From positions 10,170,001 to 10,234,000 of the forward strand of contig NC_045696.1 in NCBI RefSeq assembly GCF_009834535.1: a DNA stretch of 64,000 nucleotides, written 5' to 3'. Both the position numbers and the translations under genes were made by a program. Positions 12,866 to 26,900 of this stretch are shown here, piece by piece; position 1 is the stretch's first letter; each line of letters begins with the position of its first letter. The stretch comes from Camelus ferus (taxonomy: Eukaryota). Under the pieces are notes generated by a model. It worked only from the letters and a program-made list of their open reading frames with translations. It had not been told where the DNA came from and made no database searches.

Positions 12866-14238
12866 CACAATTCTCAGTGTGGTCTGTGGATCCCTGGAGA
12901 TTCTAAGGCCCTTTTGGGGATCCTGACATCAGAATTATTATTTTCATAGTACCCAGACATTACCTTCCCTTTTCACTGTATTTATATTTGCATTGATACA
13001 AAAACAAGGGTGGGGGAACTTGCAGCCACCTTAGCAGTGGCACCTAACTGTACGAGTGGTCAATGTGTTCTTCTCTGCCACATATTCATATTTAAATAAA
13101 TGAACTGATGTAAAAAGAAAAAAATTCATTCCAGAATGTCCCTGATGAGTCACTAAGAAGTGTCACTTTATTAAATCTTGGCCCTTGCATACATATGTTT
13201 AATATTGGTGTGACTGAAGAGAAGGAGTCACAAAGCAATGTCTGTGGCACACTACAGACTATGACCAATGTCTCAAAGAAACACACTTGTGCAAATGAGT
13301 TACTAGCTGAAATAGCCAATTTTTTCATGAAACATCATTTTTATTTGGCAGAACAAGAGGAAAATTACAGTTATTCAGACTTGAGTATTCAGCAGATGGT
13401 TTCTCAAAAATGAAGCGAGTCTACTGCTTTGAGAAAAACGACTGAGGTATTTGTAGCTGATGGTAAAAGTTGAGCTTTTGGGTAAAAATTTTAAATTTGG
13501 AAAACTAGCATCTGCCATTGTGTGTTAAGACTGCCTCCCAAAAGCTTAGACAATTTTCTAGAAAGATGGATGGTAATATTAACAAATGAGATTTTGTGAT
13601 ATTGTTTAATGAAATGTATCAACATTTGGAAGATCCACAGAACTCAGTGAAGCAGTATTTTCCAAATGACCAAAACATGGTGTTATAAAATCATACAGGA
13701 GTAAAACAGTCATTCAAATTGCAACTAATCCTTAAAAAACTACCAATGTCAAATTTCGGTATAGTATCAAAAAAACCCCACAAATTTTGGTATAGTATCA
13801 AAAAGTATTTGCTGAAGATGCCTTTAAAAGACTCCTACTTTTTCCAACTACGTATCTGCATAAAGCTAGATATTCTTCAACTCTTCAACCAAAACAACAT
13901 TTCGCAACAGACTGACTACAGAGCAGCTGTGAGAATCCAGCTGTCTTTTATTAAGTCAGATGTTAGAGACTTGCAAAAATGTAAAATGGTGCCACTCTTC
14001 TCACTAAATTTTTGTTTTGTCTTATAAAACAGTTTTCATAATAATCTGTTTTTATGCAAAGTGTGTAATGGGTTTATTACAAATATTTGCAATAAATATT
14101 TTATAAATTTCTCAGTTTTTATTTCTCATCTGACAAACAGTGATAAAACTCACATAAAGAAAAGCTCCTTGGGGTTCTTAATAACTTTTAAGCGTATACA
14201 AGGGTGCTGATTTGAAAGTCTGAAGTTTGAAACCCATC
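12866..14238 (+). mobile_element. Charlie1-like hAT transposon with decayed transposase
   Basis: Starts caattctcagtgtggtctgtggatccctgg and ends agtttgaaaccca; the fragmentary ORFs 13195-13413 and 13719-14027 fall inside it. Confidence 0.7.
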
Positions 14239-14599
14239 ACCATATGAGATGAAACCATGGAGAAAGGTTTTATTGTGAGCCAGCACAGGAACCAGTACAC
14301 TCCTCTGGCAACAAGGTGCAGGTGAGACCAAGAGGATTAGGGAAGACAGACCAGTCAGGAAGCGGCAGCCAGGATGAACAAATCCTGAAGTGAAAAATGA
14401 TGATGGCCTGGACTAAGACAGAAGCAACAGGGAGAGAGAGAAAGAGATGAATTCAAAAGATGTTGCGGAGGCAGAACTGACAAAATCTAGCAACCAATTT
14501 CGGAATCAGAAAGAGTCCAGGCTGCCACTTGCAGGGCTAAATTGTACCTGACTGCCAGCCCGTCTGGCTTAGGGACTGGTATTGAGTCTGTATCATATG

Positions 14600-14925
14600 C
14601 AGTCGGCCCTCAGTATCCACGGGTCCTACAGCTGTGGATTCAATTACCCTCAGATCGAAAAATAAATGGAAAAAAATTTTTCCAGAAAGTTCCAAAAAGC
14701 AAAACCTGGATTTGTTGAGCACTGACAACTATTTGCATAGCATTAATATTGTATTAGGTATTATAAACAACCTAGAGACAATTTAAAGTATACGGGAGGA
14801 AGTGTGTAGGTTATTTGCAAACACTACACCATTTTATATGAAAGACTTGAGCATCTGGGAATTTTGGTAACCATGAGAGGTCCTGGAACCAACCCCACCA
14901 CAGCGCAGATACCGAAGGACAATCA
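14600..14925. mobile_element. MER2/Tigger-type (TcMar) DNA transposon
   Basis: Imperfect inverted ends cagtcggccctcagtatcc...gataccgaaggacaat. Confidence 0.7.
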
Positions 14926-14956
14926 TATAAATATCTATATACTCTATAGTCAGGAT

Positions 14957-15632
14957 ATGTGTTTTGACACCAACCGGGGAGGAGGGGGGAGTGTCCTACA
15001 ATTCAATTTAGTGCAGATCCCACAAGTTAAGGGCTCAGTCCCACTTCAAATGCCAGCCACAAGTCTCAAGTATTCCTCAAGCTACCAGCACTTTTGCCAG
15101 ACAGGCTACAAATTCCCAGGCTCCCACAACCACAGCCGCCCCCACCACTTAGGTTCAATAATTCGTGAGTTACACAAGTGAGGAAATCATATTTGTGATT
15201 ACAGTTTTATTATAAAGGATGTAACTCAGGAACAACCATTTGGCCATTTGGGCTAACAGGGCAAAATATGTGGGAAGGGAGGTACAGAGATTCCACACCC
15301 TCTCCTTCTCCATGGAACACAAGTGCCCACCTTCCTGCACATCTAAGTGTTCACCAAACCAGAAGCTCCTCGAACCTCATCACCGGAGGATTGTTATATG
15401 GGATTCCATCATGTAGGCATGACTGACCTCAACCTCCAGGTCCTCCTCCCTCCCCCAGAGGCCATCGTGGTGGGAAGAGCAAAGTCCTTCATTAGCATAA
15501 ATTCAGGCACGATCCCAAAGGGCTCATTCTGAATAACCAAAGGCACTCCCACCAACTCAGGAAAGTCCAAAGGTTTTAGGAGCTCTTAGATGGGAACCAG
15601 GGACAAAGACTAACTATTTTTTTATTACATCA
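14957..15632. mobile_element. Old LTR (MER21-like)
   Basis: cagatcccacaagttaagggctcagtccca...gtgttcaccaaaccagaagct...ggaaccagggacaaagac, ending in tca. Confidence 0.55.
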
Positions 15633-16644
15633 GAGTATCTAATAACATAGTTGTTGCTATATAGTACTCAATAAATAACTGCTGAAAGAATGAACAAAAG
15701 GGTAGGTAACAGAATCATTCACCAAAATGGGGAATACAGGCAGAGAAAGAAGTCGATGGGAAGAAAGGTGGTGGTGAGCTATGTTTTAGACACAATGCAT
15801 TTGAAGCACCCAAGGAACCGAGCAGACACTCAGATAAAGGGTTGGAACTCAGAAGAAAGGATGGAGCTCCAGGTATGGACAGGCAGATAACAGGACTTAA
15901 TCATGGCAGCTAAAACTAAGTGTGGAGATGACTGTCCTGGAAGACAGGGTAGAGTCAAAACAGGGTAGAAAGAACAGCCCGTAGGGACAGAAACGTTTAA
16001 GGATAAGGAGTTTTCAAAGGAGACTGAGAAGACCTAGATGTAAGAGAAGGGAGAACACACAGGGCAAGAAGACAGAGAAAGCCAAAGGAGTAGACTGTTT
16101 CTGCAAAATGTGTCGAATGTCACAGAAAGGTCAACAAACTGATAGGAAATTGTGCACAGGAAATCAGCGATGGAGGAGCAGAGGCAGAACCAGACTGCAA
16201 CAGGTAACAGGAACAAAGCACCCTACAGACTACTCTTCAAGAGACATGGCTGTTAGAGGAAGACGTGAGATGCCAATAGTACAAGGTCAAGGGGGCCAAA
16301 CCTGAGTGGGTGTGAAGGAAGGAACAGAGGATGGGGACACAGAAGACACAAAGCCAAGCATAATTCAGATTGGGGCTCTTAGATGGACATCAAACCCTTC
16401 TGTATGCGCCTACAAGGCCCTGCGAGGGCTGGCCTTATCTCCCTCTCCAATATCCTCAGGGCAGCCATGGTGGCCTTCTACTCAAGTATACTGTGCTCCC
16501 CTGATGCCACAAGCCCTCCCACGTGCTGGTCCCTCAGCCAAAAAACTTCTTTCCTTTCCTGATGAACTCCTAGACATCCTTCAGATGCCAAGTAAATGTC
16601 ACATCTTCCCTGGACTCTAAGACTAGATTAGGTCCTCTTGGACA

Positions 16645-16645
<1 letters not shown>

Positions 16646-16687
<42 letters not shown>
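16646..16687. repeat. (ATT)n microsatellite forming the tail of the adjacent L1
   Basis: Direct reading, about 14 units. Confidence 0.95.
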
Positions 16688-16741
16688 GAAGTATAGTTGA
16701 TTTATAACATTGTGTCAGTTTCAGGAGTACAGCAAAATGAT

Positions 16742-16810
<69 letters not shown>

Positions 16811-17016
16811 TACACATATACATTCTTTTTCAGATTCTTCTCCACTATAGGTTATCGTAAGATATTGATTATAGAAATCTGTGCTATACAGTAGGTCCTT
16901 GTTGTTTATCTATTTTATACATAGTAGTGTGTATATGCTAATCCCAAACTCCTAGTTTATTCCTTCCCTCCCCACCCCTTTCCCCTTTGGTAACCACAGT
17001 TTGTTTTCTATGTCTG
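16688..17016 (-). mobile_element. L1 3' end containing a (TA)n(CA)n microsatellite (~16748-16820)
   Basis: gaagtatagttgatttataacattgtgtcagtttcagg...ctgtgctatacagtaggtccttgttg...cccctttggtaaccacagtttgttttcta. Confidence 0.85.
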
Positions 17017-18275
17017 TTGGATGCTTTCTTTATAGTACTTACAACAGCTAGAAATCATTTATTTCTGTGACTTGGGGGAGGAAAGGTATGTATGTCTGTC
17101 CCAGTGAGATATAAATAGAGTGAAGACATGAACCTGTCACCACTGTGCTCCTCGCTCCTACCACCGCACCTGCAGACAGCAGTCAAACGGGATACAGCTG
17201 CGGCACGAATAAGGCGAGTGAGCACAGGGGAGTATGAGTCTCAGAGGAAACAGAAGAGGACAGCAGCCAGAACAGGGGAAGGGAAGGAGACACCTACCTC
17301 CTCCTCCTCCCTCTTATCTCAAGAAGCAAAGAGTAAGTGCGAATCGGATAGATTTACAAGAGCTCCCTGGGAAGAGGGCAGCAGGCCCAGACAGGAGGCA
17401 GAAGTGCTCCTGAGAGAGTGAAGGCCTCTGGGGAGGAGCAGAGGGGCTTGAGGAAAGGGGCGAATTTGGTACAATGTCTGTGAGGAATGGAGAGAAAAAC
17501 AGAAGGACACAGTTAAGTGGGTAAGGACAGAAGTCCACAAGTTCGTAGGGTTTTCTTCAACTGGCTTTTAACAGCACAAATACAGGAAACAGAACACAGA
17601 TAGCTGTGCTGGTCTAATGATGGAATCCGTGGGGCAGAAATGACAGAAGAGACAAGAGGGCAAGGAAACAGGTGATGTGACCCAATCTGAGGTCCCAGCT
17701 GTACATGGAAGGAAATGAAACTGACAATCTGAGATAAAAGGAAGAAAGCCCAGGAAATAGAATTTCTGAGGGGAATTGTAATCAGAACGTCTGAAATAAA
17801 TTACACTGCAGAAATATAATTTTAAAAATAAGTGTGACATTTTCCCAGATACCGGAAGTTCTCATCACCTAATGCTATTGGTCTCTTAGAACAAAACAAA
17901 ACAAAACAAAACTATTCTCAAAAATCAGCCCGTGCCCTTTGGAAAAAGGTCAAGTTGCTATCTTTCCTGGAGTCTAATTTTAAAAAGCAGCTGGCTAGAG
18001 AAAGGATATCCCTTTCTAGTCCCAACTTTTCCATAGCACACATGTTTTTCCAGCAGTTTCAGGTGAATCGTAAGTTAAAAAGCCTCCAAACATGAGCCAA
18101 GAGAGAATGCTAACATACCTTTAGGCATGGAAAAAAAATCTGAGAAAATCTACAGTTACAGAAAGAGTCAATATAATGCCCACAGTTAGTGATCAAGCCA
18201 GATTACAGATGAGCATCCCAAACTTCATTCTATCACAAGATAGTAAAATATATTTTGTTTTTAAAGGAACAAACA

Positions 18276-18390
18276 GGGGAGAGGGTATATAGCTCAGTGA
18301 TGCTTATCATGCACGAGGTCCTGGGCTCAATGCCCAGTACCCCCACTAAATAATTAATTAATAATAAAAGTAAATCAAACCCTAATAATA

Positions 18391-18453
<63 letters not shown>

Positions 18454-18454
18454 A
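18276..18454 (+). mobile_element. Vic-1-like SINE with long (TAAA)n tail
   Basis: ggggagagggtatatagctcagtg...gcacgaggtcctgggctcaatgcccagtacc followed by (taaa)n. Confidence 0.85.
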
Positions 18455-21400
18455 ATGAACATTTAAATTTTAAAAGTAAACTTTATTGAGAAGAAAGTTC
18501 ATATATACTTTGGGTTGCTTTGCTGGCTTTGTATTGTTTTATTAAAGACTATCATTTATAAGAAAACAGAAGGTCACCATCAGCCCCTTCCTGTATGACC
18601 ACTGTGTACGATGAGTGTGTTAGGCATGCATTTGGCCTGCCTGGCATTCTTTCTTCTCATAATTGACCCCACTTTCCCTCCTTCTGCTCATTCCAGAAGT
18701 CTAGCTACTACTAACTTCACCAACTGGTACAAAAGGTGAACCAAGGCCCAGGACAGGCAATGAGAGGCCTGCATTCCCCTGGAATGGTGGGAATGGTTCA
18801 GGTGACAGGTTCAGGCACGTGATCAAGCCAGGCCAATCAGAACCCTTGGACTAGACAGTTTCGTGAGTCAATACATCTCTCTTTTCTCTCAAGACAGTTT
18901 GGGCTTCTTCCACTTGCAAATGAAAAAGTTCAGACAAATACAATTATGACTAAGGAAAATGATAGCACTGAACTTGCTTCTAATACAGCCCTTTCCTTCC
19001 CTTCATATCACTTTTTTTTCCTCCCCACCCAACTCCTTTAGGATAGAGGAATACTTAAACTTCGCACTGAGTATTTACAACGTCACCATGAAACAGAAAG
19101 CTAATCTAAGAATAAGGATAGCCCCAGATAAATTACACTGTGATTCAACTTCCTGATATTTAGACATTAAAGTTAAGAACTTGAAAAGAACATGCTGGAA
19201 CAGACCTCAAACTCACACCCTACACAGTTGCAGTGTCATTTTTTTCATGAGATCAAAATGTTGTATGTATGTGAAGGGCAATAGATCCACTGAAATTCTA
19301 GGCCACTTGGAAGTAAATTCAAAATCTCTTCCTTTCTGTTCTCGCTCAGCTAGAGATCTGACCTGGCTTAAGAGAGGTCAGAGGCGGCATCCACATTTGC
19401 AAAATGGCCTTTCCAATAAAATTGTGATTACCCGCATTAGATTAAATCCATGCACTTCTGTGTTGCTATCCTTAATTTCTGATGTTGTTGTTATGTGGAG
19501 AAAATAATTAATTCACAACTTCCTCAGACGACAGTCAAGAATTACAAGAGACAAAGTAGGACTATAAAAAGAATATAAAAAGAATATGGCTTAGATCAGA
19601 GTAAAAGAACCTGATCTGGCTTCAAATAAAATGTGTGTTGGGGGGTGAGTAGGGGAGCGGTAATCTTAAGAATATATAGGAGGACTACACACAACTCAAG
19701 ATCAGGATGCAACCAGGCCCAGAAAGGACTGGAAGAGAAGGTTTAAAGTCTTCAGAGTCTCAGGTAGTGTTCTGTCTTTCTGCTTCTTTCTGGATGTTTG
19801 CCTTAGTCTCTCCAGCCACAAACCACCCTTCTCTGTCCCCAGACACAGCAGCAGAACCTCACTGCCTACAACTTCCAAGGTTTACATTATGGCCCATGAA
19901 CACATTAAGGTCAAAGCCCTCTCTCTTGGGCCCAATGTCAAATTTCCAGGAAAGCGACCCTGATTACTGGACTAGCTTGGGTCAGGTCCTCAAATCTGGT
20001 TCAATCCTGTGTCTTCTGTGGGAAGGAAGAAGCACTGGGGAGTGGGTGTGCAGGTTAGAGGATAGTTTTTTGAGGGATTTGTGTTGAGTCAGACACTCCA
20101 GAAGTTCCCAGTACACAGACCCAGCGTTGTACCCTGGTTTTCTCATCATCAAAATAAAGGAACTGGCCACCAAAGTCCATTTTAGACTTTTGCTAACAGT
20201 CTAGAGTTTAACAGAACTTAAGAGAATTAACTAAATTTAAGAAATTAGAAGCTGACTAGCATTTGCCACTGTTTTAGGAGTTCATGTCAATAAGGAAGTA
20301 CAAGCTAAAAAATGATAAATTCTAGAAATTAAAATTGTCTTTTAGAAATATGATGGTCTACATGAGAAACTCAGGAGAAATGAAAAAAATCATAAGCTCT
20401 TGGAGAGCTGAGACCTCTGTCTTGGTTCAAGGCTGGACACCTAAAGCAATGCCAGGCACAGAGCATGTGCTCAAACATTCACTGAACCACTGACCGAACT
20501 CAGAACTTCCCAAACTAGTTCTTTACCATGGGTTACAGGTGTGCTCAAGGTACTGATGCCCTCAGGTTCCGGGGATAATGCCTGCCATTAGTACTAATTA
20601 CTAGGACTAATGCAGTACAAATTTTATGTAATACCACAAAGGTTGAGAAGCACTAACTAAATGACCAAGAACTAAAAATTCTAGCAAGGTGGCTGGTTAC
20701 CAAGTAAATCTGTATAAGGCCAATAAACATTTAATAAATGTTCAAACTCACTAGTACCAAAAAAAAAGCAAATAAAACTGGCTAAGATTTTATGAGATGG
20801 TTTTACCCAGTGCTGGTAAGGAAACAGAAAATAGGTACACACTGCCAAGGAAGCATGCCTTTAAGGTTTGGAAATATATTCCATATTTCAAAATATTAAG
20901 TGAAAAACATAGGCTACAAAACTCTATATACCTGAGGTTATAAACTGTCAAGGCAACAAAGACTGAATTCAGTCCTCAGGTATGCTTTGTTTGAACCCTA
21001 GTGTCTTAATAAAAATTGTGGCCCACATAATATCAGAGATTTCATGTTAAATCCATATTTCTAGATTTCCAGCTTCTCTTGAAGAACTGGAAGGTGTAGT
21101 AACACCAAGATGCATCCTCCCAGGGCCACAAATGTCTAGGCTGACTGGCCCTGGGCTGCCCCATCCATGGGATCATCTTCAGCACCCAGAATCCCTAACA
21201 TGACTTCCTGTCTCCCCGACTGAACACACCTAACCTTCTCGGTAATTTGAGCAAGCAGACCCCTCACAGGGTAGGGCTGGTCATTAACTCTGGACAGTGA
21301 GATTCGGGGTATGCTTTTTCACTCCGTTATCTGTATTTTCAGCAGTTTTCTTCTATAATCATGTATTGCTTTTGTAGTAAGAAAGAGCATGTTATTTTTT

Positions 21401-21991
21401 AAATTACCAAATCACAACTGCAATGTCACTTCATCTAATGAGGTTAAAACAGCTAAAGATAACAGATAATGACTATGGTTTAAAACTAATTGAACTAAGG
21501 AAGTAATGTAAGGTTACAATTACTGCAGTATTTCCCTCCTTTCAACACTAATTAAAACAACAGATTGGACAGACAATAGTTGCATTTTACAAACTAGATC
21601 TTCTTCAAAGTGAATAGCTTCTATAGACACTCAGTTCATAATACAGCTATTTTAAGGATTCACATCCATATATTTAAAGTTTCTTTCATCAAAAAAAGTA
21701 AACAGAAAAATCTCTCCTATCAGAAATCTAAAGTCATAACCTGAATTAAATTGTTAATTAATGAATAATGAATTAAATTTAAAAGTTAAATAAGTCTTGA
21801 TCTTTAGTTTACACTGTTTTATTTGATAAACAATAATAGTAGTTTTATGGGGTTTTCTCTTCCTCAGAGAACTTTAAAAAGTTTGTGCAAATCACCATTC
21901 ATCTCACCCTATCCCCCAGACCTCAAAGAGTAAATCGATTACCCTCATGGTAAAGAAAAAGTACAAGGCTAGGTAGAAATGTCAGCTTTCA

Positions 21992-22121
21992 GGGGAAGGG
22001 TATAGCTTAAGTGGTAGAGCGCATGCTCAGCACCCAAGAGGCTGGGGGTTCAATCCTCAGTACCTCCTGCAAGCAGAAATCAATGAAAAAACCTAATTAC
22101 CTCCCCCTCATAAAAAGAAAT
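21992..22121 (+). mobile_element. Vic-1-like SINE
   Basis: ggggaagggtatagcttaagtggtagagcgcatgctcagc...ggttcaatcctcagtacctcc...aacctaattacctcccc. Confidence 0.85.
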
Positions 22122-23118
22122 AATGCAAGAAGGTAACTGAGGTTTGGTCAATTCAGCATTTCTCTCTTGCTCTCTTCCAATCCACTCCCACATGATTCAG
22201 AGTGATCAATTTAAACAAAAGCAAATCACAGGACTCTCCTGCTTAGAACTTACATTAGCTCCCTCCTTCCACTGACTCTGGATAAAATCCAAACCAGCCT
22301 GTCTCCCTTATGCCTCACCTGTCTCTCCCTTGCTCATTTCACTTGGGCGACTCAGGCCTCTAGATAATCAGGGCCTCAAACACTAATCTATTCACCATGC
22401 CAGCACATAACTGCTATGTGTCCACCATGCACCACACACTGGTTTAGGTCCTGAGGGTACCAGACACTGTTCTGGGTCCGGAGGGTAAGACAGTGAGCAT
22501 CATAGACAAAACTTTGTGCCTCCTGGAGTTCAGACCCCAGTTAACCCCTCTACCAAGTTCTCTTCCTCCTCAAGTTCTCATATCATTTAAAGAATATTAA
22601 AACAGCAATTGTAATGACTATATCTCAAGGCATCTGAAAATACGTAGTACTATCTATAATAAACTGCTTATCATTTACTGACTTTAATATTATTTATCGT
22701 AAGTGAAGGAGAAAGGAGAAATAAGGGAGGGGGACCTTTACGCATTGAAACTTGGTATGTACACCAAAAATGGCACTAATTTTTTTGGTCAACTTTTCAA
22801 GGTTTTTCTCATCACTAGCTGTACAGCTTTTATGTCAGTGACCAAAATGCAGTACTCCAATTCTGCAAAAGTAGAGTAGCTGAGTTTCAAATGATTCCAG
22901 AAACTGAAAGATTACTTGCTTCTAAAATCTATTATCTTAAGATTACAGCAGAAATGAATTGATTTTTATAAAACACTGAAGCTACATCGAACATTCTTAT
23001 TGGAGCTAATGCACAGGAATGGGGGTATGTGTGTGTCTATACAATGGCTTATAACACAACACGTTACCCTGGGTAGAATAAAACTGCTCAGGGAATTTGC
23101 CTCAGAGAGAGGTGATTA

Positions 23119-23119
23119 G

Positions 23120-23146
<27 letters not shown>
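23119..23146. repeat. (CA)n microsatellite
   Basis: Direct reading. Confidence 0.95.
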
Positions 23147-23155
<9 letters not shown>

Positions 23156-23872
23156 GCTCCAGTGGCATCTTATTTCCAAACTTTTATCATAAGAATCAGT
23201 ATCCTCCTTAACCAGGTGGGTGAAAGATCACTAAAAGCCACTTGGCTTGGTCCATTTCCATGAGCTGTATCTGCCAATCACCAGAAGGACTTGAAGATGA
23301 AATGCAGGGATGAACAATATCGTTCTTGACAGAGGAACACGTCAAAATGTTCACCAAAGCACAGAGGATCAAAACCTGGCCCTCGTACATTAAGGAGAGG
23401 ACATTTAATTTTAACTACGGACAATTAAAAAAAAAAAAGTTTGACCAACTGCTCTGACCTTGTCATTTTCACATTCAAATGCAGCTGAATCTAAAACTCC
23501 ATCACATCCCTCAGTTCACTTTCTGCCTCTCCCACTGGATGAGGAGTATAGTGTCCTCAGTACCTATTCCCACCCCAATTGGGTGGAGCCCCAAGCTACC
23601 CAACAGTGAGAATGGGTTTTGGTGACCAGCTTAAAACTGAGCCGTGGCAGTCCTACCTCGCTGGGCAGCACAAACTCAGGCCAGAGAGCTGAAGCCAAAA
23701 CAATTTCACTAGCGCTCTCTCTGGGCAATAAGCTAGTAAGGTGAGCTGCCAATTATTAATTCTACTAGAAAAAGGTTAAAAGAGCAATGATAAATTCAAG
23801 CAGATTAACTTGCTAGAAATTCACCTTGTTGGGGGCTACAAATGTTAGCAACAAAGCTTTAGTGCTACTCGA

Positions 23873-23994
23873 TTTTTTGGTGGGGGAAGTAATTAGGTTC
23901 ATTTATTTATTTTTAGAGGAGGTACTGGGGATTGAACCCAGGACCTTGTGCAAGCAAAGCATGTGCTCTACCACTGAGCTATACCCTTCCCCCC
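23873..23994 (-). mobile_element. Vic-1-like SINE
   Basis: gtaattaggtt...gaggtactggggattgaacccaggaccttgtgcaagcaaagcatgtgctctaccactgagctatacccttcccc. Confidence 0.85.
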
Positions 23995-26900
23995 ACATTT
24001 ATTAATAGAAGGGCTTTTTTAAAAGGATCTCCCAGTGGGTCAGTGACATCTCTCTACAGTAAAGCTTTTGCATTCCTGAAGTGAACTCCCACCGGCCGCT
24101 TCAAATCTCCAAACTGGCCAACGTGGAAATGTTTGGAAAGATTCCCGGCTGTCTCCTGGATCAGACTTCTGTATGTTGTCTTGTGTTTCCAAGGCAAGTC
24201 CACACCACAAGTAAACTGCCTTTTCAAATTTCACTAGTCTTCTCTGCAACTTTAATCCTGTCTCTCATGCAGGGGCACTTTAGGAAAACCACCACAGAGT
24301 AAAGGGTACCACGCTGCTTTGAGAGGTGAACGCTAAACAGTACATGAGGCTTATTTGTGATCTAATGAATGCAACTAACTCCTCAATGAGAGGGATTCAA
24401 ATCTGTGCCCCATCTAATTCATAAATTAATACACGCTGGGGAACTGCTAGGTTACTCCAAAACAGAAATCAGGAAAGTAAAAGGAAGCCTTTTTACCTAA
24501 AAGGTAAAACATGTCCAAGAACTAGGCAGTCCAGCCCTGTGGCTGCAAGTCTGGGCTCTAAGTAACAAATCTGCACGACCACTTGCTGGTTCTCTAAATT
24601 GCTAACCAGCTGGTACCTCGGTTTCCAAGGCACATTCATCTTAAAAAAACCAAAAAAAAAACAAAAAAAAACAGAGTTTTGTGAAGATTAAGTGAGTTAA
24701 CGCTTATGAAATTCTGTAAATGGACTTGATAAATGTTAGCCATCATTTTATTATGGGTGTATGAATTTTCCGACTTTCCATATCACACCACCAAACAGGT
24801 CACAATAACATCCCATTCTTCTCCCTAAAAACAATTCACTAAGTTTATCTCTGGTTAAGTCGTTCCCAAAAAAAAGGAGGGGAGAGGGAAAGGGAACTCT
24901 CATACACCATGTCAAGAGTGTAAACTGCTACAACCTTACTGACAAACTGGAAATATGTATCAAAACCCTTAAACCTTAGTATGTACTTTGACCCCGCAAT
25001 CACACCTCTAGAAATGTGTCCTAAGGAAAAAAAATAAATAACCTCGCAAGTATTTACAGAGATGTATGTAGGACTGTCATTGCAGAGTTATTGATAATAG
25101 TGATGGGGAAAAGAAATAAACATGTCTAGTAGAAATAAACTGGTTAAATCATCACAGATTCATCAAATGAAGTATTATTTGGTTACTATTGTAACTGACT
25201 TCATACAGACATGAAAAGATTCATGATGTTAAGAAAAAAAATGCACAGGTCAATTGTTTTACCGTAAACACAATTCTTTAAAATGCAAGGGATAACACCT
25301 GATTAACATAAACTGATTACCAGTTTGGTTCTGAAATAATACTATGAAGCTGACAGTGATGACAAGATTTATCTTCATGTAGAAAAACACATTTACATCA
25401 AACTTGATGTTTCACTAAATACTTCTAATGTTTAATCTGGTTATTATAATAATTTTAAAATTATACATATTAGTATCAAGAAATTAGCAAGAGACTTCTT
25501 TTTTTAAGCAGTGGATTTCTACTACCATGAAGTGCAGTAGTACAAAAACTGAATGGACTAGCTAGAGTTTTATATATTTTCATATACCCCAATTTTTTTA
25601 TCATCTTAACTATCACTTATTAAATGAACATGTCTCAAGAACTTATGCAAGCACTTAAAAGCATTAAATTCTACTGTAACTATTCCCAGTTTCAGTTGAA
25701 AAAACTGAGGTACTGAGAGGTTAGGTGGCTAGATCAAAGTCACAGACTATGTGTGGTCAAACCCAATATTCTCTAGAGATTGTGCTCTTAACTAACCATA
25801 TCCTCAAATATAAACCAGAAATTGTTATTTATGGGGCCTATGCTGGACTCTGAAAGAAAGGAGTGAAGGTCATATTACTAGTATGAAAAATGAAATTGGA
25901 AAACATACCAATTTTCTATATTTTTTGGAAACCAATTTTTATTGCATTATGTTGGGCTTATCACAACTTATAGAATGACATTTTGATATGGAGATAACAT
26001 AGTCATTTACCACTACCCCGTGCCTTAAATTTACATTTTGAGTCTAACCAAACATTTTGCTAGGAGCCTTCTTTCCAGCTTATCACTTGGAGCATTCTAC
26101 ACCTGGGAAAGGTTCTCTCCTTTCAGAGCCAACCAAACTTACAGAAATGACTGGAGTATAGCACTTGTGGCTCCTACTTTATAAAATCAGTGATAAGATT
26201 AATTTTACAAGTAAAGGTTTAAAGACGTGGCCTCACTGTGATTTAATTCGCTCATAAATATTTCACTGAGTTCTTCCAGGCACTATTCTAGGCACTGGGG
26301 GTACAATGATGAACCAAAGTCTCTGCCCTTCTGAAATGTTTATTATATAATGTTGGCATTACATATCCAAAGGTCATAGTCAGTTTTTTTATCAGCAGAC
26401 TAAGGGATAAAACTAATTCTGTCACTTGAAAAACTTGCTCTCCTCTTCAGGAGATGGTCTTAGGACATGCTCAGAGAGAAGGAAGCACAATGCCAGTGGT
26501 TCTCCAACTTTACTGTGCAAGAAAAATTCCTGGAGAACTTGCAGGAAATCAGATTCCAGAAGTCTGATTCTGAAGTGATGTGACAAAGCCCTGTATTTTT
26601 AACAAGAACCTCAGTTAATGCTGATATAAGTGAGCTGAGGTCCAGACTTCGAGAAACCCACCAGTAAGTGGAACCATTCAGAAGAGAAAAGCTCTACAGC
26701 AGCGGAATGTGAACTGAGTAATACAAACCCAACAGTTCTGTAATAAATTCCCTATAATTCACGAATCTAGCAAACTAAAAAGCTGCATAAGAGTAAAGGG
26801 ATTTACCAGCACCTCCTCCTTAACCTCCTTATAGGAGATTTGAGTTTGCCTCAATCTAGTTATTTAGGGAAAAGATGAACTTAAGCAGAGTTTTACTACC

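Noticed and set aside
13092..14027. Possible transposase gene
   Set aside because: Fragmented by stops and frameshifts; fossil Charlie element
21992..22068. tRNA-like sequences with A and B boxes (here and at eight other sites)
   Set aside because: SINE heads with AT-rich tails and TSDs; divergent copies, not tRNA genes
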